Shown here in pieces: positions 18,911-31,688 of a stretch of 64,000 nt of DNA. Within the stretch, counting starts at the first letter, position 1. Each line of letters starts with the position of its first letter. This DNA comes from Methanobacteriota archaeon (GTDB lineage Archaea; Thermoplasmatota; Poseidoniia; Poseidoniales; Thalassarchaeaceae). The stretch spans positions 200-64,199 of the forward strand of contig PSPX01000005.1 of the NCBI GenBank assembly GCA_004195715.1, in the 5' to 3' direction. The position numbers and the translations under genes are program-made. Under the pieces are notes generated by a model. It worked only from the letters and a program-made list of their open reading frames with translations. It was not told the DNA's origin and searched no databases.

Positions 18911-19905
18911 TGTCTCTCACCCGCCTCTTGCTTCTCTTCGCTGGGCATCGGCGGCTGTTCAGTCTGCCGCTTAACTACCATCAGTATGAGGAACTGCATA
19001 ATCGCGCTTAGGAAGCGCATCGAACTCAGGAAGACCACCAGAACGGCAATCAGTAGAACTGGCCAAATCGACTTCAGGATAGATATGGCCAGAGATTCTA
19101 GGGGCTCTTCTTCCTGAATATCCTGAGTATCTCCGAATAACACCAGATGCATGGAGGTCCAGTTCTTGCCTGTGATGAGAAATGCATCCTGCTCTGAGAC
19201 ATAGGCAATCCCATTCAGGACATTGTTGTAGCCGTCTGATTCGTTCTCGGCGAACATCGAGGCGTCGATAGTCAGTCCGACCTCGCCGGTGCTCTTGTCA
19301 ATGGCGATGATGGAATCGCTGCCCCATACGTTGGCGTACACCGTCTGACCGACGCACTCAAGCTCGTTGAGCAGGTTCACTTCGTTGCCCTGGTCGGTCA
19401 CTCTCAAGATTGAAACCAACGTGAAGTCTTCCGGGTTCCTGAAGGCTAGTTCGGAAGACCCGTTCGACATCACTAGGTGGGTTCCGTCGTAGCACAGCCC
19501 CCAGCCCTCTCCCGAGTAGGTGTGATTGGCGATAACGGTCAGCGATTCGATGTCGAAGACCAGTGCTACGCCCTCCTTCCAAGTCAGCATCACGATACTG
19601 TCGCCGACGACCGTAATGCCTTCTGCGAACAGCGACTCGTCAAGCTCGGTCTGACGAATCACCTGGCCGCTCAAGGGATCGACCTCTCTGAGACTGGAGT
19701 GACCGTACAGTCCGGTGCTTTCGTAGAGTGATCCATCATGCATCTCAAGCCCCTGTGTGAAAGCTTCCGAATCGTGCTGATGAGAGGAAATCAAAACTAA
19801 TTCTACTGTTTCCGATTGCGCTTGGGCAGACGCTGGCAGGCTGCACGTGAGGACGGCTAGCAGCATCGCGACGGCCAGCGCTGGCGTTGTAACGTGCTGT
19901 TTCAT
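18907..19905 (-). CDS. Glutaminyl-peptide cyclotransferase (beta-propeller QC type), secreted with C-terminal hydrophobic anchor
   Basis: FTQGLEMHDGSLYESTGLYGHSSLREVD...FAEGITVVGDSIVMLTWKEG matches the plant/bacterial QC family. Signal peptide MKQHVTTPALAVAMLLAVLTCSLPASA. Start moved to the ATG at 19905. Confidence 0.65.
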   Translation of the reverse strand: MKQHVTTPALAVAMLLAVLTCSLPASAQAQSETVELVLISSHQHDSEAFTQGLEMHDGSLYESTGLYGHSSLREVDPLSGQVIRQTELDESLFAEGITVVGDSIVMLTWKEGVALVFDIESLTVIANHTYSGEGWGLCYDGTHLVMSNGSSELAFRNPEDFTLVSILRVTDQGNEVNLLNELECVGQTVYANVWGSDSIIAIDKSTGEVGLTIDASMFAENESDGYNNVLNGIAYVSEQDAFLITGKNWTSMHLVLFGDTQDIQEEEPLESLAISILKSIWPVLLIAVLVVFLSSMRFLSAIMQFLILMVVKRQTEQPPMPSEEKQEAGERQ

Positions 19906-19981
19906 GTACGAACGATGCTCCATCGATGTTAAAATAGGTCTTTGAGCGGATTGCGGCTGAAAACAACACGGAGTGTTGAAC

Positions 19982-22900
19982 ATGCCCCCCAACAATGCAC
20001 CAGCGTCCCGCAGAGCATCTGTCATGCTGGTCCTGACGATGCTGTTCGCCAGTCTTTCTCCTTTGGCTCTTGCAGAGCCGCAATCCACTGAATCGGTGAC
20101 TGAGGTCATGTCGGGCGACCTCTCGGAGTTCGACCCTTCTATTGAGGGCAAGCGGTACCTGTTCACAGATGAGTTCGAACCGATATTCTCGGCTACCGGT
20201 CACTTGAAGATTGAATGGAGGGAAGCGGGTTATCCCGGGTTGGTGCTCCCATTTTCTCCGGGCTACCTGAACTCGAGATCCACGGTACGTTCTTGTGAGA
20301 ATGCATGGAGTCAAGGCGATACTGGCAACGTCTCCACAGCCAGTGGCAGCGTCTCTGTCACGGCACAGAAGGTATCTGCCAATTCTGCTATTCTGGTTGA
20401 GGACGGTCAGATTATCTCATCTACCACGCTCAATGATATTGCCTCAACCTGGGAATCAACGATTTATCCTACAGACACGACTTACTTCGGCAGTCCGCCC
20501 GATGTCGACAACAACTGCCAAATCGAGATTGTCCTGATTGCCATCGACGGATCAGGTGGGACCGGCGGATACTTCTCACCCGGTATCTCGTCAGTTAGGG
20601 AATCAGTGTTCGTCGACGTCGATGACATGAGTTGGAGGAACACTATCCTTGCTCATGAGTTCGAGCATCTGCTGCATAACTCGAGGGATCCGTACGAGTA
20701 CCTGTGGATCGATGAAGGGGCAGCGGATATGGCAGCGTACCTAGCCTTCGGAGTCACCAGCACGCTGACAGGACACGCCAACGAATGGTCGCAGGACAGC
20801 GGCCTCAGCGTGCGGTGGTGGAACGGCAGGATAGCCGACTACGGCGCCGGTTTCATGTTCCTGATGTACCTAGCCGACAAGCTCGGCGGTGGAGCCGCAA
20901 TCCAGAGACTGGTCGCCGATACGGCTACCGGCGGAGCAGCTATTGAGAATCTGGCTCAAAATCCAGAGACAGGTGCGACCTCTATTGGGACGACGATGAG
21001 CGAGATCTTTGCTAACTTCAGCGCGGCAGTGTCCCTCGACAGCGCCCAAGGGGCCTTCGGATTCACCAACCTCGATCTCACCTCAGGATGCATTGCCGCC
21101 TATATCTGCAAGGCCCAGATGAGTGGATACAACGATCAGTGGGTCAACGATTGGAACAGCTCCAGTCAAGACATAGAAGGTTGGGGCATGAGGGCATACA
21201 AGTTCGCTCAGGGCTCCGGCGCTCCGCTCAATATGATGGTGCAACCAACCCAATTCGGCTTTGAAGGTGCCATAATGGCTCGCGACGCAGTCACGGGTGC
21301 TTGGTCGATGAGTAGCCTGCGGATAGACTCCGGAACAGGGGCCGGAACCGGGTTGGTGCACGGTTTTGGAAACACCACTGACGAGGTCTGGCTGCTCACA
21401 TGGTACGAATCCATGGTCACCGACTGCGACTACAACTATGTGTCCTGCGGCATCACCACTGGATCGTACCCAACGGCCTCTCTCACTGTACATGCTGGTC
21501 TGATTACCGACCCCGCGGAAGTCTCGATAGACACTATCACCTCCTTCGACAGGGACGAGGACGGCTTGGACGACAGCGTTCGCATCGATCTCGAGGTGGA
21601 GTCCAACGCATTCTTCGAAATTCTTGAAGTGACCATCGAGGCCTATGTCAACAACAGTGTGTCTGACTCGGTGGTGTTCGACATCACCGCCGGCAATAGT
21701 GTTCCGTCTCCGAGGAGCGTCTGGTTCACTCCCCCTTCATCGGGAGACTGGACCTACGGCATCCGCATCCGCGACGTTACAGGGGAGATTGTGGACCAAG
21801 CGTTCTCACTGCCCATGGCTCTGGCTAACATGGAGCCTGTCGCATCCGGTTCGATGTCCACACCAGTCACTCAGACATGGCTGCCCGTGACCGTGTTCGG
21901 TTCGGGGTATGACTCGTGGGGCTTCGGTCAGTTGAATGGTACATTCAGCCACAATGACACTCCTGTAGGGTACATCTGGGACCTCGGGGACAACAACTCG
22001 TCCGGATTGAAGAATCCGACCCATTCGTACCTCAATGCCGGGGACTACCAGATTGTCCTAGTGGTACAGGACCAAGGAGGATACTACTCGGATCCTCAAT
22101 CATGGAACATCTCGGTGAGTGACATCTCCGACCCAATCCCCGAGATCTCTGTAGATGGAGTCGTCATCACCGACGAACTGGTGCTCCTCACTGATCAGAG
22201 AGTGCAATTCTCAGCCAGAGGGACCTCAGACAACGTCCCCCTCGATGAATTGGTATTTACCTGGGACTGGGGCGACGGGCAGAACGAAGGAGGTCGAGGA
22301 GCGGCCGAGGCAGGGCACTCATGGGTGGACGGCAGCGCTGACGGAATTATTTACACTCTGATTTTGACAGTCGATGACGGTATTCACGTCGTCGAGCAAT
22401 CCATTTACATCAAGGTCTTGAATCGTTTACCGAAACAGATCTTCGACGAACCACTGCAGACATACACGCTGACTCCGCTGACCATGCCGACATTCTTTGA
22501 GGACTCAGACGGGATGATTGTCGAGTATAGTTGGTTCTTCGAGGGAGGGGTCAATCTGGACGGCTCTGGGATGGCACTGACTTCCGACTTTTCCTCGACC
22601 GAGTCCATCCTGCAGAACCCCAGTGCCGGATGGCTTGAGCCGGGGATGAAGAACGTCACCCTCGAAGTCACCGATGATGATGGCAACACCTCCGTGGCCC
22701 TGTTTCAGGTGCAGGTGCTTAATCAGAGACCAGTCGCAGTTTTCGCGAGACCGCAGGATGGAGATGTGGATACGATCTACACATTCGTTAGCGAGTCGTT
22801 CGACCCGGATGGTGACACGGCACTGCTGCAGACTAAGTGGGAAATCTCAGACTTCGATGACCCTGTGTACAACGTCTCCTCAGTGAGCCACACCTTCCTC

Positions 22901-24088
22901 GAGCCCGGGCTGTACACCATCAGCCTCACCATAGTCGACGACAGGGGGCTCTCCTCGGCCACCAAGTCATACTCGATTAGGATAGCCAATCCACTCCCTG
23001 TCCCAGAACTTGAATTCAGTTGCCCGAGCGTCAACGGGTCTGTGATGAGTGAAATCCCTCAGACCGAGGACGGTGTCGTCTGGCAGGTCCCCCATACTGC
23101 TGGAGGGGGCGCATTCGTGGCGCCCGGTGACCCAATCAGGTTCGACGGTTCTGACAGTTACGACGCCGACCCACTGTTTGTGGGCCGGACATCAACGGAT
23201 TCCGATTCACCGGAGTGGAACGGTATAGTCTCGTGGATCTGGGACTTCGGCGACGCCAGCTCGCTGGTCAGCGGACCGATGGTGTGGCACGCCTACGAGA
23301 TTCCCGGCATCTACGTCGTGACCCTAACGGTGGTTGACGGGTTTGAGGGTGGTGAGACAAACACGACTACTTTGACCGTTCACGTCTCTAGGGCTCCTGT
23401 GATTCTCACCGATGATCCGATCTCTGCCGACTACGTCGCGATGGGTGGCATCGTGCTGCTGAACTCCAGCGCCGAAGATGCAGACCTACTCGACGGCATA
23501 GAGGCGTGGATGGATCTGGACCAGTCTGACGACAGTGACGGGGATGGCAATCCGGCCAATGACCGTGACCGACCTCTAACAGGTCCACTGACAGTGAGAT
23601 GGGACCTTAACGCGCTGCAAGACACTGATCTCGACGGTGACACGCGAAACGACTGGTTGTGGGGTAACCAGACTTGGAACCAGCCCGGTGAAATTAGAAT
23701 CCTGATGCAGGTGTGCGACGGCGTGGATGTCTGCTCCTCCGAGGAGTACGTAATCACTGTCCTCTCGGTGCAGGAAGATGACAAGCCAAAGTCGCTGGCC
23801 GACCTGACATGGAGTGATCTGGTCCCTAACAAGGAGAGCGCGGGGCTGCTAGCCTTGGTTGCGGCCGTCCTCGTACTCGGGTGGTTGATTATGCGAGAGA
23901 AAGACGAGGATGAGTTAGATGCCGGGGAGATGCTCGAGACCTACGACGTCACTGAAGTTGAAGTTGAAGGAGGCCTGCCTGGTATGGACCAACACAAGCC
24001 ACCTCCACAGCCGAAGTACCTGACTGTCCAAGAGCGAAGAAACAAGGAGTCCGGATACATCCGACCTATCCGGACGAGGAGGCGCTGA
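19982..24088 (+). CDS. Giant secreted membrane-anchored protein: gluzincin-like HEXXH metalloprotease domain plus multiple PKD domains
   Basis: Signal peptide. HEFEH followed 16 residues later by EGAAD (HEXXH...E arrangement). At least three PKD-like WDFGDG / WDWGDGQ / IWDLGDNNSSG repeats. C-terminal TM (LLALVAAVLVLGWLI) plus basic/acidic tail. Confidence 0.6.
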   Translation: MPPNNAPASRRASVMLVLTMLFASLSPLALAEPQSTESVTEVMSGDLSEFDPSIEGKRYLFTDEFEPIFSATGHLKIEWREAGYPGLVLPFSPGYLNSRSTVRSCENAWSQGDTGNVSTASGSVSVTAQKVSANSAILVEDGQIISSTTLNDIASTWESTIYPTDTTYFGSPPDVDNNCQIEIVLIAIDGSGGTGGYFSPGISSVRESVFVDVDDMSWRNTILAHEFEHLLHNSRDPYEYLWIDEGAADMAAYLAFGVTSTLTGHANEWSQDSGLSVRWWNGRIADYGAGFMFLMYLADKLGGGAAIQRLVADTATGGAAIENLAQNPETGATSIGTTMSEIFANFSAAVSLDSAQGAFGFTNLDLTSGCIAAYICKAQMSGYNDQWVNDWNSSSQDIEGWGMRAYKFAQGSGAPLNMMVQPTQFGFEGAIMARDAVTGAWSMSSLRIDSGTGAGTGLVHGFGNTTDEVWLLTWYESMVTDCDYNYVSCGITTGSYPTASLTVHAGLITDPAEVSIDTITSFDRDEDGLDDSVRIDLEVESNAFFEILEVTIEAYVNNSVSDSVVFDITAGNSVPSPRSVWFTPPSSGDWTYGIRIRDVTGEIVDQAFSLPMALANMEPVASGSMSTPVTQTWLPVTVFGSGYDSWGFGQLNGTFSHNDTPVGYIWDLGDNNSSGLKNPTHSYLNAGDYQIVLVVQDQGGYYSDPQSWNISVSDISDPIPEISVDGVVITDELVLLTDQRVQFSARGTSDNVPLDELVFTWDWGDGQNEGGRGAAEAGHSWVDGSADGIIYTLILTVDDGIHVVEQSIYIKVLNRLPKQIFDEPLQTYTLTPLTMPTFFEDSDGMIVEYSWFFEGGVNLDGSGMALTSDFSSTESILQNPSAGWLEPGMKNVTLEVTDDDGNTSVALFQVQVLNQRPVAVFARPQDGDVDTIYTFVSESFDPDGDTALLQTKWEISDFDDPVYNVSSVSHTFLEPGLYTISLTIVDDRGLSSATKSYSIRIANPLPVPELEFSCPSVNGSVMSEIPQTEDGVVWQVPHTAGGGAFVAPGDPIRFDGSDSYDADPLFVGRTSTDSDSPEWNGIVSWIWDFGDASSLVSGPMVWHAYEIPGIYVVTLTVVDGFEGGETNTTTLTVHVSRAPVILTDDPISADYVAMGGIVLLNSSAEDADLLDGIEAWMDLDQSDDSDGDGNPANDRDRPLTGPLTVRWDLNALQDTDLDGDTRNDWLWGNQTWNQPGEIRILMQVCDGVDVCSSEEYVITVLSVQEDDKPKSLADLTWSDLVPNKESAGLLALVAAVLVLGWLIMREKDEDELDAGEMLETYDVTEVEVEGGLPGMDQHKPPPQPKYLTVQERRNKESGYIRPIRTRRR

Positions 24089-24090
24089 GC

Positions 24091-24981
24091 GTGGAGGACG
24101 GACCTAGGAAACTCACTGCAGCCGCAATCAACCTCTGTCTGCTCCTGCCCGTGGTCGCCGTGTTCGTTACAGTAATCGCGACTCCGATTGCATCTGCAGA
24201 GGCAACCTGTGACGTTCCGGCCGAAAACTCTCCTGAGATAGACCAGTACTTCGAAGAGCACTCGATCGAAGATCTCGGATTCTGGAGCGAGAAGGCGATG
24301 TTGAAGCCCCTAAATCGCGACTTCAGCACCGATATGACGGTCTACAATGACAGTGCGAATGCGATTAGGATGGAACTGGTGCCTGGCTACCAGTACACCT
24401 TCTGCCTCTATTTGAGCTCTGATTCACAGTCAGCGCCGACCATGGGAGCGATTGGCGATGTATACCTGATGAACGAGGCCAACTGGGACCGCTACACATC
24501 AAGTTACGAATCTAGGGAGTGGGATGATTTAGAGGAAATTGTCAACGAATTGCCAGTGGAATGGAGAGACCTGGCCATGTGGCTGCCGTTCAGGGATGTC
24601 CACGCATACGAGAGCGTCTCTAGCCAAGTGTTCTCAGTGGCCATAGACTCGATTGGTTCGGCGTGGTCCTCCGTCTCTTGGTTCGATTCGGGCGACCCCC
24701 AGTACTACCTAGTGGTCGATGGCTGGGATAATGGGAGGAGTTCCGATAGAAAGGCCGCCGGAGGCAGCATGAATGTCGAGATATTGGTCGATGTTGAAGA
24801 GAGGACGACTCTGCCCAATTTCGTCGCCTACATCCTGATAGCAGCGCTACCGATAGCTTGCATCATCGGTCCTCTTATCATTCACAGCAAGTACATGTCG
24901 GCCGGGCTGGGCGACGAAGAAGATTCGCGTCAGGTCCCTTACCTCGAGAGTGAGCGCGATGAGCGCGGCCAAGACGGTTAG
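24091..24981 (+). CDS. Hypothetical secreted protein with C-terminal TM anchor
   Basis: GTG start 2 nt after the upstream stop. N-terminal signal/TM. C-terminal TM (FVAYILIAALPIACIIGPLII) plus acidic tail. Confidence 0.4.
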   Translation: MEDGPRKLTAAAINLCLLLPVVAVFVTVIATPIASAEATCDVPAENSPEIDQYFEEHSIEDLGFWSEKAMLKPLNRDFSTDMTVYNDSANAIRMELVPGYQYTFCLYLSSDSQSAPTMGAIGDVYLMNEANWDRYTSSYESREWDDLEEIVNELPVEWRDLAMWLPFRDVHAYESVSSQVFSVAIDSIGSAWSSVSWFDSGDPQYYLVVDGWDNGRSSDRKAAGGSMNVEILVDVEERTTLPNFVAYILIAALPIACIIGPLIIHSKYMSAGLGDEEDSRQVPYLESERDERGQDG

Positions 24982-25790
24982 GCGGTCTCGTATTCTAGCA
25001 GTTGCCACGCGGTCTGCAGGTCCGAGGCGTTGATTCTACCCTGTCGCGAGATGTGCAGGCCCTTGTCCATGGTGGTGTAGACTAGGGCCTGTTCAAGCAA
25101 CGGGGCGTGAATCCTAGTCCAGTCGCCGCCCCATCCCAATCCCATGATGGCGTAATGAGCCCCTGATCCCCTGAGGCCCCACGCTGCCTCAAACAGACGT
25201 AGTCCGTCGTGGCGGCCTGATGACCGATAGCAGATCTTGATGATGTCTCCGTCATCAGAGCTGTCTTCGACATCGTGGATTATCTCTGAAGCCGAAGGAG
25301 GATTCTCCGATGAGTGAAGGGAGGCAACAACCTTGGCCTTCCCCGAAGCATCATCCATCAGAGACCTGCGCGCCTTCGACTCGATATCGACCTCGAGGTC
25401 AATCCAACTGACGCCGCTCTTGATTGCCGCACTCAGCACCTCGATACGTTGTCCCTCTTCTCCCGGATAATGGCCCTGCTGGCGCTCTGGGCGGCATGTA
25501 AGGACTACTGGTAGGTCGATGCCCTGCTTAAGTGACTCAAGTGCCCCCTGCACGTCGACCGAGTCGAGTGGTTGTGGGATGAAATTGGGCTCGACGTAGT
25601 TGGGCCTACGGCCCTCCCTCTCCGCTTCCTCCTCTGCGGGATCAGGTTCAGGCATCTGCTCTACAACCCAAAGCTTGTCCAGACGTACCTCGACCATATC
25701 CGCCCCAGCAGCAGTCGCCATGGCTGCATCCTTCAGCATCTCATCGACGGTGCACCCTCTCAGTGTAACACAGATGAGCGGTCGAGGCAT
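24978..25790 (-). CDS. aroD: 3-dehydroquinate dehydratase type I
   Basis: LICVTLRG...ADMVEVRLD and VVLTCRPERQQGHYPGEE...SWIDLEVD blocks. Acidic insertion of about 45 aa between them. Confidence 0.65.
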   Translation of the reverse strand: MPRPLICVTLRGCTVDEMLKDAAMATAAGADMVEVRLDKLWVVEQMPEPDPAEEEAEREGRRPNYVEPNFIPQPLDSVDVQGALESLKQGIDLPVVLTCRPERQQGHYPGEEGQRIEVLSAAIKSGVSWIDLEVDIESKARRSLMDDASGKAKVVASLHSSENPPSASEIIHDVEDSSDDGDIIKICYRSSGRHDGLRLFEAAWGLRGSGAHYAIMGLGWGGDWTRIHAPLLEQALVYTTMDKGLHISRQGRINASDLQTAWQLLEYETA

Positions 25791-25839
25791 TCGGCCGCTC
25801 CACCTTGGCAGTCTGTATAACCGTGTCGTGCAATTCCAC

Positions 25840-25853
25840 AGGCCTATAGGCCT
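25840..25853. promoter_or_regulatory. 14-bp perfect palindrome AGGCCTATAGGCCT between divergent aroD and gyrB
   Basis: Self-complementary 14-mer. Contains a TATA-like core. Confidence 0.3.
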
Positions 25854-25945
25854 GGCACGAGATTAATGCTTCATTTTCAGTGATTTTTGGAGCCTCCCGA
25901 AGGAGAGTTGATAACCCCCGACCTACACCAAATTACAGATGCGCT

Positions 25946-27963
<2,018 letters not shown>

Positions 27964-27972
27964 GGAATCAAA

Positions 27973-30669
27973 ATGGCTGAGGATCTGCTTCGAAGGGACA
28001 TCTCTGAGGAGATGAAAGAGAGTTACATCAACTATGCCATGAGTGTCATCATCGGACGTGCCCTGCCTGACGTTAGGGACGGGTTGAAGCCGGTCCACCG
28101 ACGTATCCTCTGGGGGATGCACCAGGCCGGTCACACCCACGAGAAGGGCTACAGCAAGTCCGCTCGTTCAGTCGGGGAAGTGATGGGGAAGTATCACCCG
28201 CACGGCGACCAAGCGCTGTACGACACCATGGTCAGGATGGCTCAGGACTTCTCCCTGAGGTACCCGTTGATCGACGGTCAAGGCAACTTCGGCTCTATCG
28301 ATGGTGACCCTCCTGCTGCTATGAGGTACACCGAAAGTCGCCTCGATCGGATGTCGCATCACATGTTGGATGACATCAACAAGAACACCATCGACATGGA
28401 ACCCAACTTCGACGACACAGAGACAGAGCCGGCAGTGCTGCCGGCTCGCCTACCTAATCTGCTGCTCAATGGCAGCGACGGTATAGCCGTCGGCATGGCG
28501 ACCAAGATTCCGCCTCACAACCTCAATGAGGTCGTCGCGGCAATCAAGTTCCATGTGGAGAGGGTCATCGAACAGAATCGCAAGATAGGCCTCGACAACC
28601 CGCCCAAGATCGACGTGCTTGAGTATATGGAGTTCCTCAAGGGGCCAGACTTCCCTACTGGTGCCACGATACACGGGATAGATGGTATCGTCGACATGTA
28701 CAAAACCGGTAACGGTCGCTTCCACATCCGCTCAGACATCGAAGTTCAGGATGACTCCTCGGGCAAGAAACTGATAGTCCACTCCATCCCTTATCAGGTG
28801 AAGAAGGCCGGGATGCTACAAGGCATAGCCGAGCTCGTCCAAAAGGAGGTCATTAAGGGCATCAGGGACATCAGGGACGAATCTAGCAAGGAAGGAATCA
28901 GGGTTGTCATTGAGATCAAGCAGAACGCCGATCCTCACGCCGTGCTGAATCAACTCTACCGTTCCAGCAGATTGCAAGAGTCTTACTCAGCGAACATGAT
29001 GGGCATACTGAAGGGTGAACCGGTCCAACTTGACCTGTGCACCATCCTGCACACACATGTCCGGCATAGGGAGTCAATCGTCGAGCGACGCACACAATTC
29101 GATCTCGAGAAGGCGGCGGCCCGCGCACACATCCTAGAAGGGCTGATGAAGGCTCAGAAGAGGATGACCGAGATTATCGAAATCGGTAGGAACTCTGACT
29201 CCCGCGAGCAGTTTGAGCAGTACTTGAGGGGTGACGAGAAGTACCCCAAGATCAAGCGCTTCGACTTCTCCGAGAAGCAAGCCAAGGCAATAGCCGAGCG
29301 GCGCCTGTACCAGCTCACCAAGATAAACGTCCAGGAGGTCTCCGATGAACTGGAGAAACTGAAGCAGGCTATCAAGGACTTCGAGGGCATCCTAGATAGC
29401 CGAATCCGACGCCTCGGAATCATAATCGCCGAGCTTGATGCGGTTGTCGATAGGCACGGCGACGAGCGGCGCTCCAGTATCGACCCAATGCCTCTGTCAA
29501 TGGACCGTGAGGATCTTGTCGCCGAGCAGGCCATCGTTATCTCGTTGACTCAGGATAACTACATCCGCCACCTCCCTGTAGAGGCATTCCGGCTTCAGAA
29601 CAGAGGCGGGAAGGGACTCAAGGGGGTGGCTACTAAGGAGGAAGATACTCCCTCCAAGATAGTCACCTGCTTTTCCAAGGACAGGTTGCTGATTTTCACT
29701 GATATGGGCCGTGTCTACGGCCTCAGGGCATGGGAGACGCCGTCTGCCAGCCGCTACGGCAGGGGTTCTCACATACGCAACTTGCTCGGTGGCATCCGCG
29801 AGGAGGAGAAAGTAATCTCAATACTTCCCCTCAGCAGGGAGCTCATCGAGAGTCCGGAGGGGAACTACCTGATGTTCGCCACCACGAACGGTCGCATCAA
29901 GAAGAGTCGTCTCTCTGAGTACGTCAAAATCAACCGCAATGGAAAGTATGCCTTGCGATTCGCCGAGGGAGATAATGATTCGCTAGTCACCGTCAGACCA
30001 GCCACCGAAGCCGACCATGTCGTGTTGGTATCGGCGCAAGGCAACGCCTGTAGGTTCATGCCAGCCGAGGAGAAGTCCAGAGTCGATTCCAACTCAGGAG
30101 ATATAGTGACCACCCATGTCGTCCGAGTTCAAGGCAGAGTCAGTCAGGGAGTCTCCGGGATGAAACTCCGGAAGGGAGACAGTGTGATTGGGATGATTGT
30201 GACCGATGACTTCGATACCAGCGTTCTGACTATCTCGAAGTACGGAATGGCCAAGCGCAGCCGCCTCGGTTCAGGCGAGATGATAATCGTGAAGGACGCC
30301 GAGGACAACGAGGTCCTCGACGATGAAGGTGACGTCACCACAGAGAGGGATGGTTACAGACGCACCAACAGGGGAACCAAAGGGGTGCGCACGATGTCAC
30401 TGCGTGATAATGACTGTATCGTCAGCGTACGCCAGATTCCTGACCTTGAAGACCAGTTGTTCATGCTCACCTCAACCGGGATGATGATCAGGATGGTGTC
30501 TGGCCAGACCAAGGAGACTCTAGGCAAGGTGACCAAGGGCACTCGAATCATGGAGCTGCGCAACGCCGACAGGTCGGGCTACGTAGACGAGATTATCTTC
30601 GTTGCCAGGTTGCCTGCCAATCTAGTGGACTCCTTGGATGCAGACGAGCCACCCCTCGAAGAAGAGTGA
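27973..30669 (+). CDS. gyrA: DNA gyrase subunit A
   Basis: [24 protein letters not shown] and [17 protein letters not shown] motifs. 898 aa with a C-terminal beta-pinwheel region. Confidence 0.95.
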   Translation: MAEDLLRRDISEEMKESYINYAMSVIIGRALPDVRDGLKPVHRRILWGMHQAGHTHEKGYSKSARSVGEVMGKYHPHGDQALYDTMVRMAQDFSLRYPLIDGQGNFGSIDGDPPAAMRYTESRLDRMSHHMLDDINKNTIDMEPNFDDTETEPAVLPARLPNLLLNGSDGIAVGMATKIPPHNLNEVVAAIKFHVERVIEQNRKIGLDNPPKIDVLEYMEFLKGPDFPTGATIHGIDGIVDMYKTGNGRFHIRSDIEVQDDSSGKKLIVHSIPYQVKKAGMLQGIAELVQKEVIKGIRDIRDESSKEGIRVVIEIKQNADPHAVLNQLYRSSRLQESYSANMMGILKGEPVQLDLCTILHTHVRHRESIVERRTQFDLEKAAARAHILEGLMKAQKRMTEIIEIGRNSDSREQFEQYLRGDEKYPKIKRFDFSEKQAKAIAERRLYQLTKINVQEVSDELEKLKQAIKDFEGILDSRIRRLGIIIAELDAVVDRHGDERRSSIDPMPLSMDREDLVAEQAIVISLTQDNYIRHLPVEAFRLQNRGGKGLKGVATKEEDTPSKIVTCFSKDRLLIFTDMGRVYGLRAWETPSASRYGRGSHIRNLLGGIREEEKVISILPLSRELIESPEGNYLMFATTNGRIKKSRLSEYVKINRNGKYALRFAEGDNDSLVTVRPATEADHVVLVSAQGNACRFMPAEEKSRVDSNSGDIVTTHVVRVQGRVSQGVSGMKLRKGDSVIGMIVTDDFDTSVLTISKYGMAKRSRLGSGEMIIVKDAEDNEVLDDEGDVTTERDGYRRTNRGTKGVRTMSLRDNDCIVSVRQIPDLEDQLFMLTSTGMMIRMVSGQTKETLGKVTKGTRIMELRNADRSGYVDEIIFVARLPANLVDSLDADEPPLEEE

Positions 30670-30711
30670 AACCGCTCGGCTTAAGCGAATGAAGCAGGTG
30701 GCAAGAGCACT

Positions 30712-30798
30712 GCGGCAGTCGCATAGCCTGGCCATTGCGCTGGATTGCTAATCCAGTGGTGTTTCACCTCGGGAGTTCGAATCTCCCCTGCCGCGCCA
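30712..30798 (+). tRNA. tRNA-Ser (anticodon GCU), class II with 14-nt variable arm, genomically encoded CCA
   Basis: Folded by hand. 7-bp acceptor GCGGCAG/CTGCCGC, U8, D-loop with GG. Anticodon stem CTGGA/TCCAG and loop UUGCUAA. Variable hairpin GGTG-TTT-CACC. T-arm GGGAG-TTCGAAT-CTCCC. Discriminator G, then CCA. Confidence 0.85.
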
Positions 30799-30819
30799 CT
30801 CAACCGTTCTACGAGATAC

Positions 30820-31644
30820 GTGGACTGGGGGCAGTATGCCGGGCTTGCGGGGCTCGCCCTGCTCACATTCCTAGTCCTCAGGTACCTGAGCTTGAAGCCA
30901 TCAAACGAGCGTGACTGGGTGATTGAGAACCGTAGGATGGCGTGTGCCGAGTTCGAAGGTGATGAGGTAACCATGCGAAATGTTAGAGACTTCACTTGGA
31001 GATCAACGAAGGACTTCGATGAACACTGGACTGACTGGACGTTTCGCCCAAGCGAAGTGACTGGGATATGGCTGGTGCTTGAGTACTTCGACCCGAAACG
31101 CAAGTCCATTGCCCATACGCTGATGAGTTTTGAATTCGAGGACGGGAGGAGGCTGACCTGCTCAATCGAGGTCAGGAGGGAGGTCGGTGAGAAATACCAC
31201 CCAATCAACGGCATGTTCAGGCAGTACGAACTAATCTACCTCTGGGCTACAGAGAGCGACTCAATAGGAGTTCGAGCGAGATGTAGGAGTAAATCCAAGA
31301 CTCATCTGTTCGAGGGCGTTGTGCTCGGAGAAGACAGTCGCCAGAGGCTGCTCGAGTCGTTCATCCATAGGACCAACGGCCTGCATGAGAGGCCAGAATG
31401 GTACCACAGCATTACCAATACCTGCACCACCAACATTGTCAGGCATGTCAACGAGGTCTATCCTGGCAGGGTGCCCAAGGCGGTGGCCGTGCTCCTCCCT
31501 GGACTCAGCCCTAAACTGTTGAAACGCAACAACCTGATTAGTCTCGATGGCACACTGGAGCAGACTCTCGAGTCGAGCCTGATAGACCAACGGTCCGCAG
31601 AATGGGACGGAGAGTGTGACTTCGGCGACTGGATAAGGACTTAG
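30820..31644 (+). CDS. Membrane-anchored hypothetical protein (DUF4105-like)
   Basis: The track ORF starts at 30745, inside the tRNA. An in-frame GTG at 30820 precedes the N-terminal TM helix; the alternative ATG is at 30937. Conserved YHSITNTCTTN block. Confidence 0.4.
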   Translation: MDWGQYAGLAGLALLTFLVLRYLSLKPSNERDWVIENRRMACAEFEGDEVTMRNVRDFTWRSTKDFDEHWTDWTFRPSEVTGIWLVLEYFDPKRKSIAHTLMSFEFEDGRRLTCSIEVRREVGEKYHPINGMFRQYELIYLWATESDSIGVRARCRSKSKTHLFEGVVLGEDSRQRLLESFIHRTNGLHERPEWYHSITNTCTTNIVRHVNEVYPGRVPKAVAVLLPGLSPKLLKRNNLISLDGTLEQTLESSLIDQRSAEWDGECDFGDWIRT

Positions 31645-31688
31645 AATGGAATGAGAGGATTCAACACAATTGAGCCCTTGGCGTTGTC

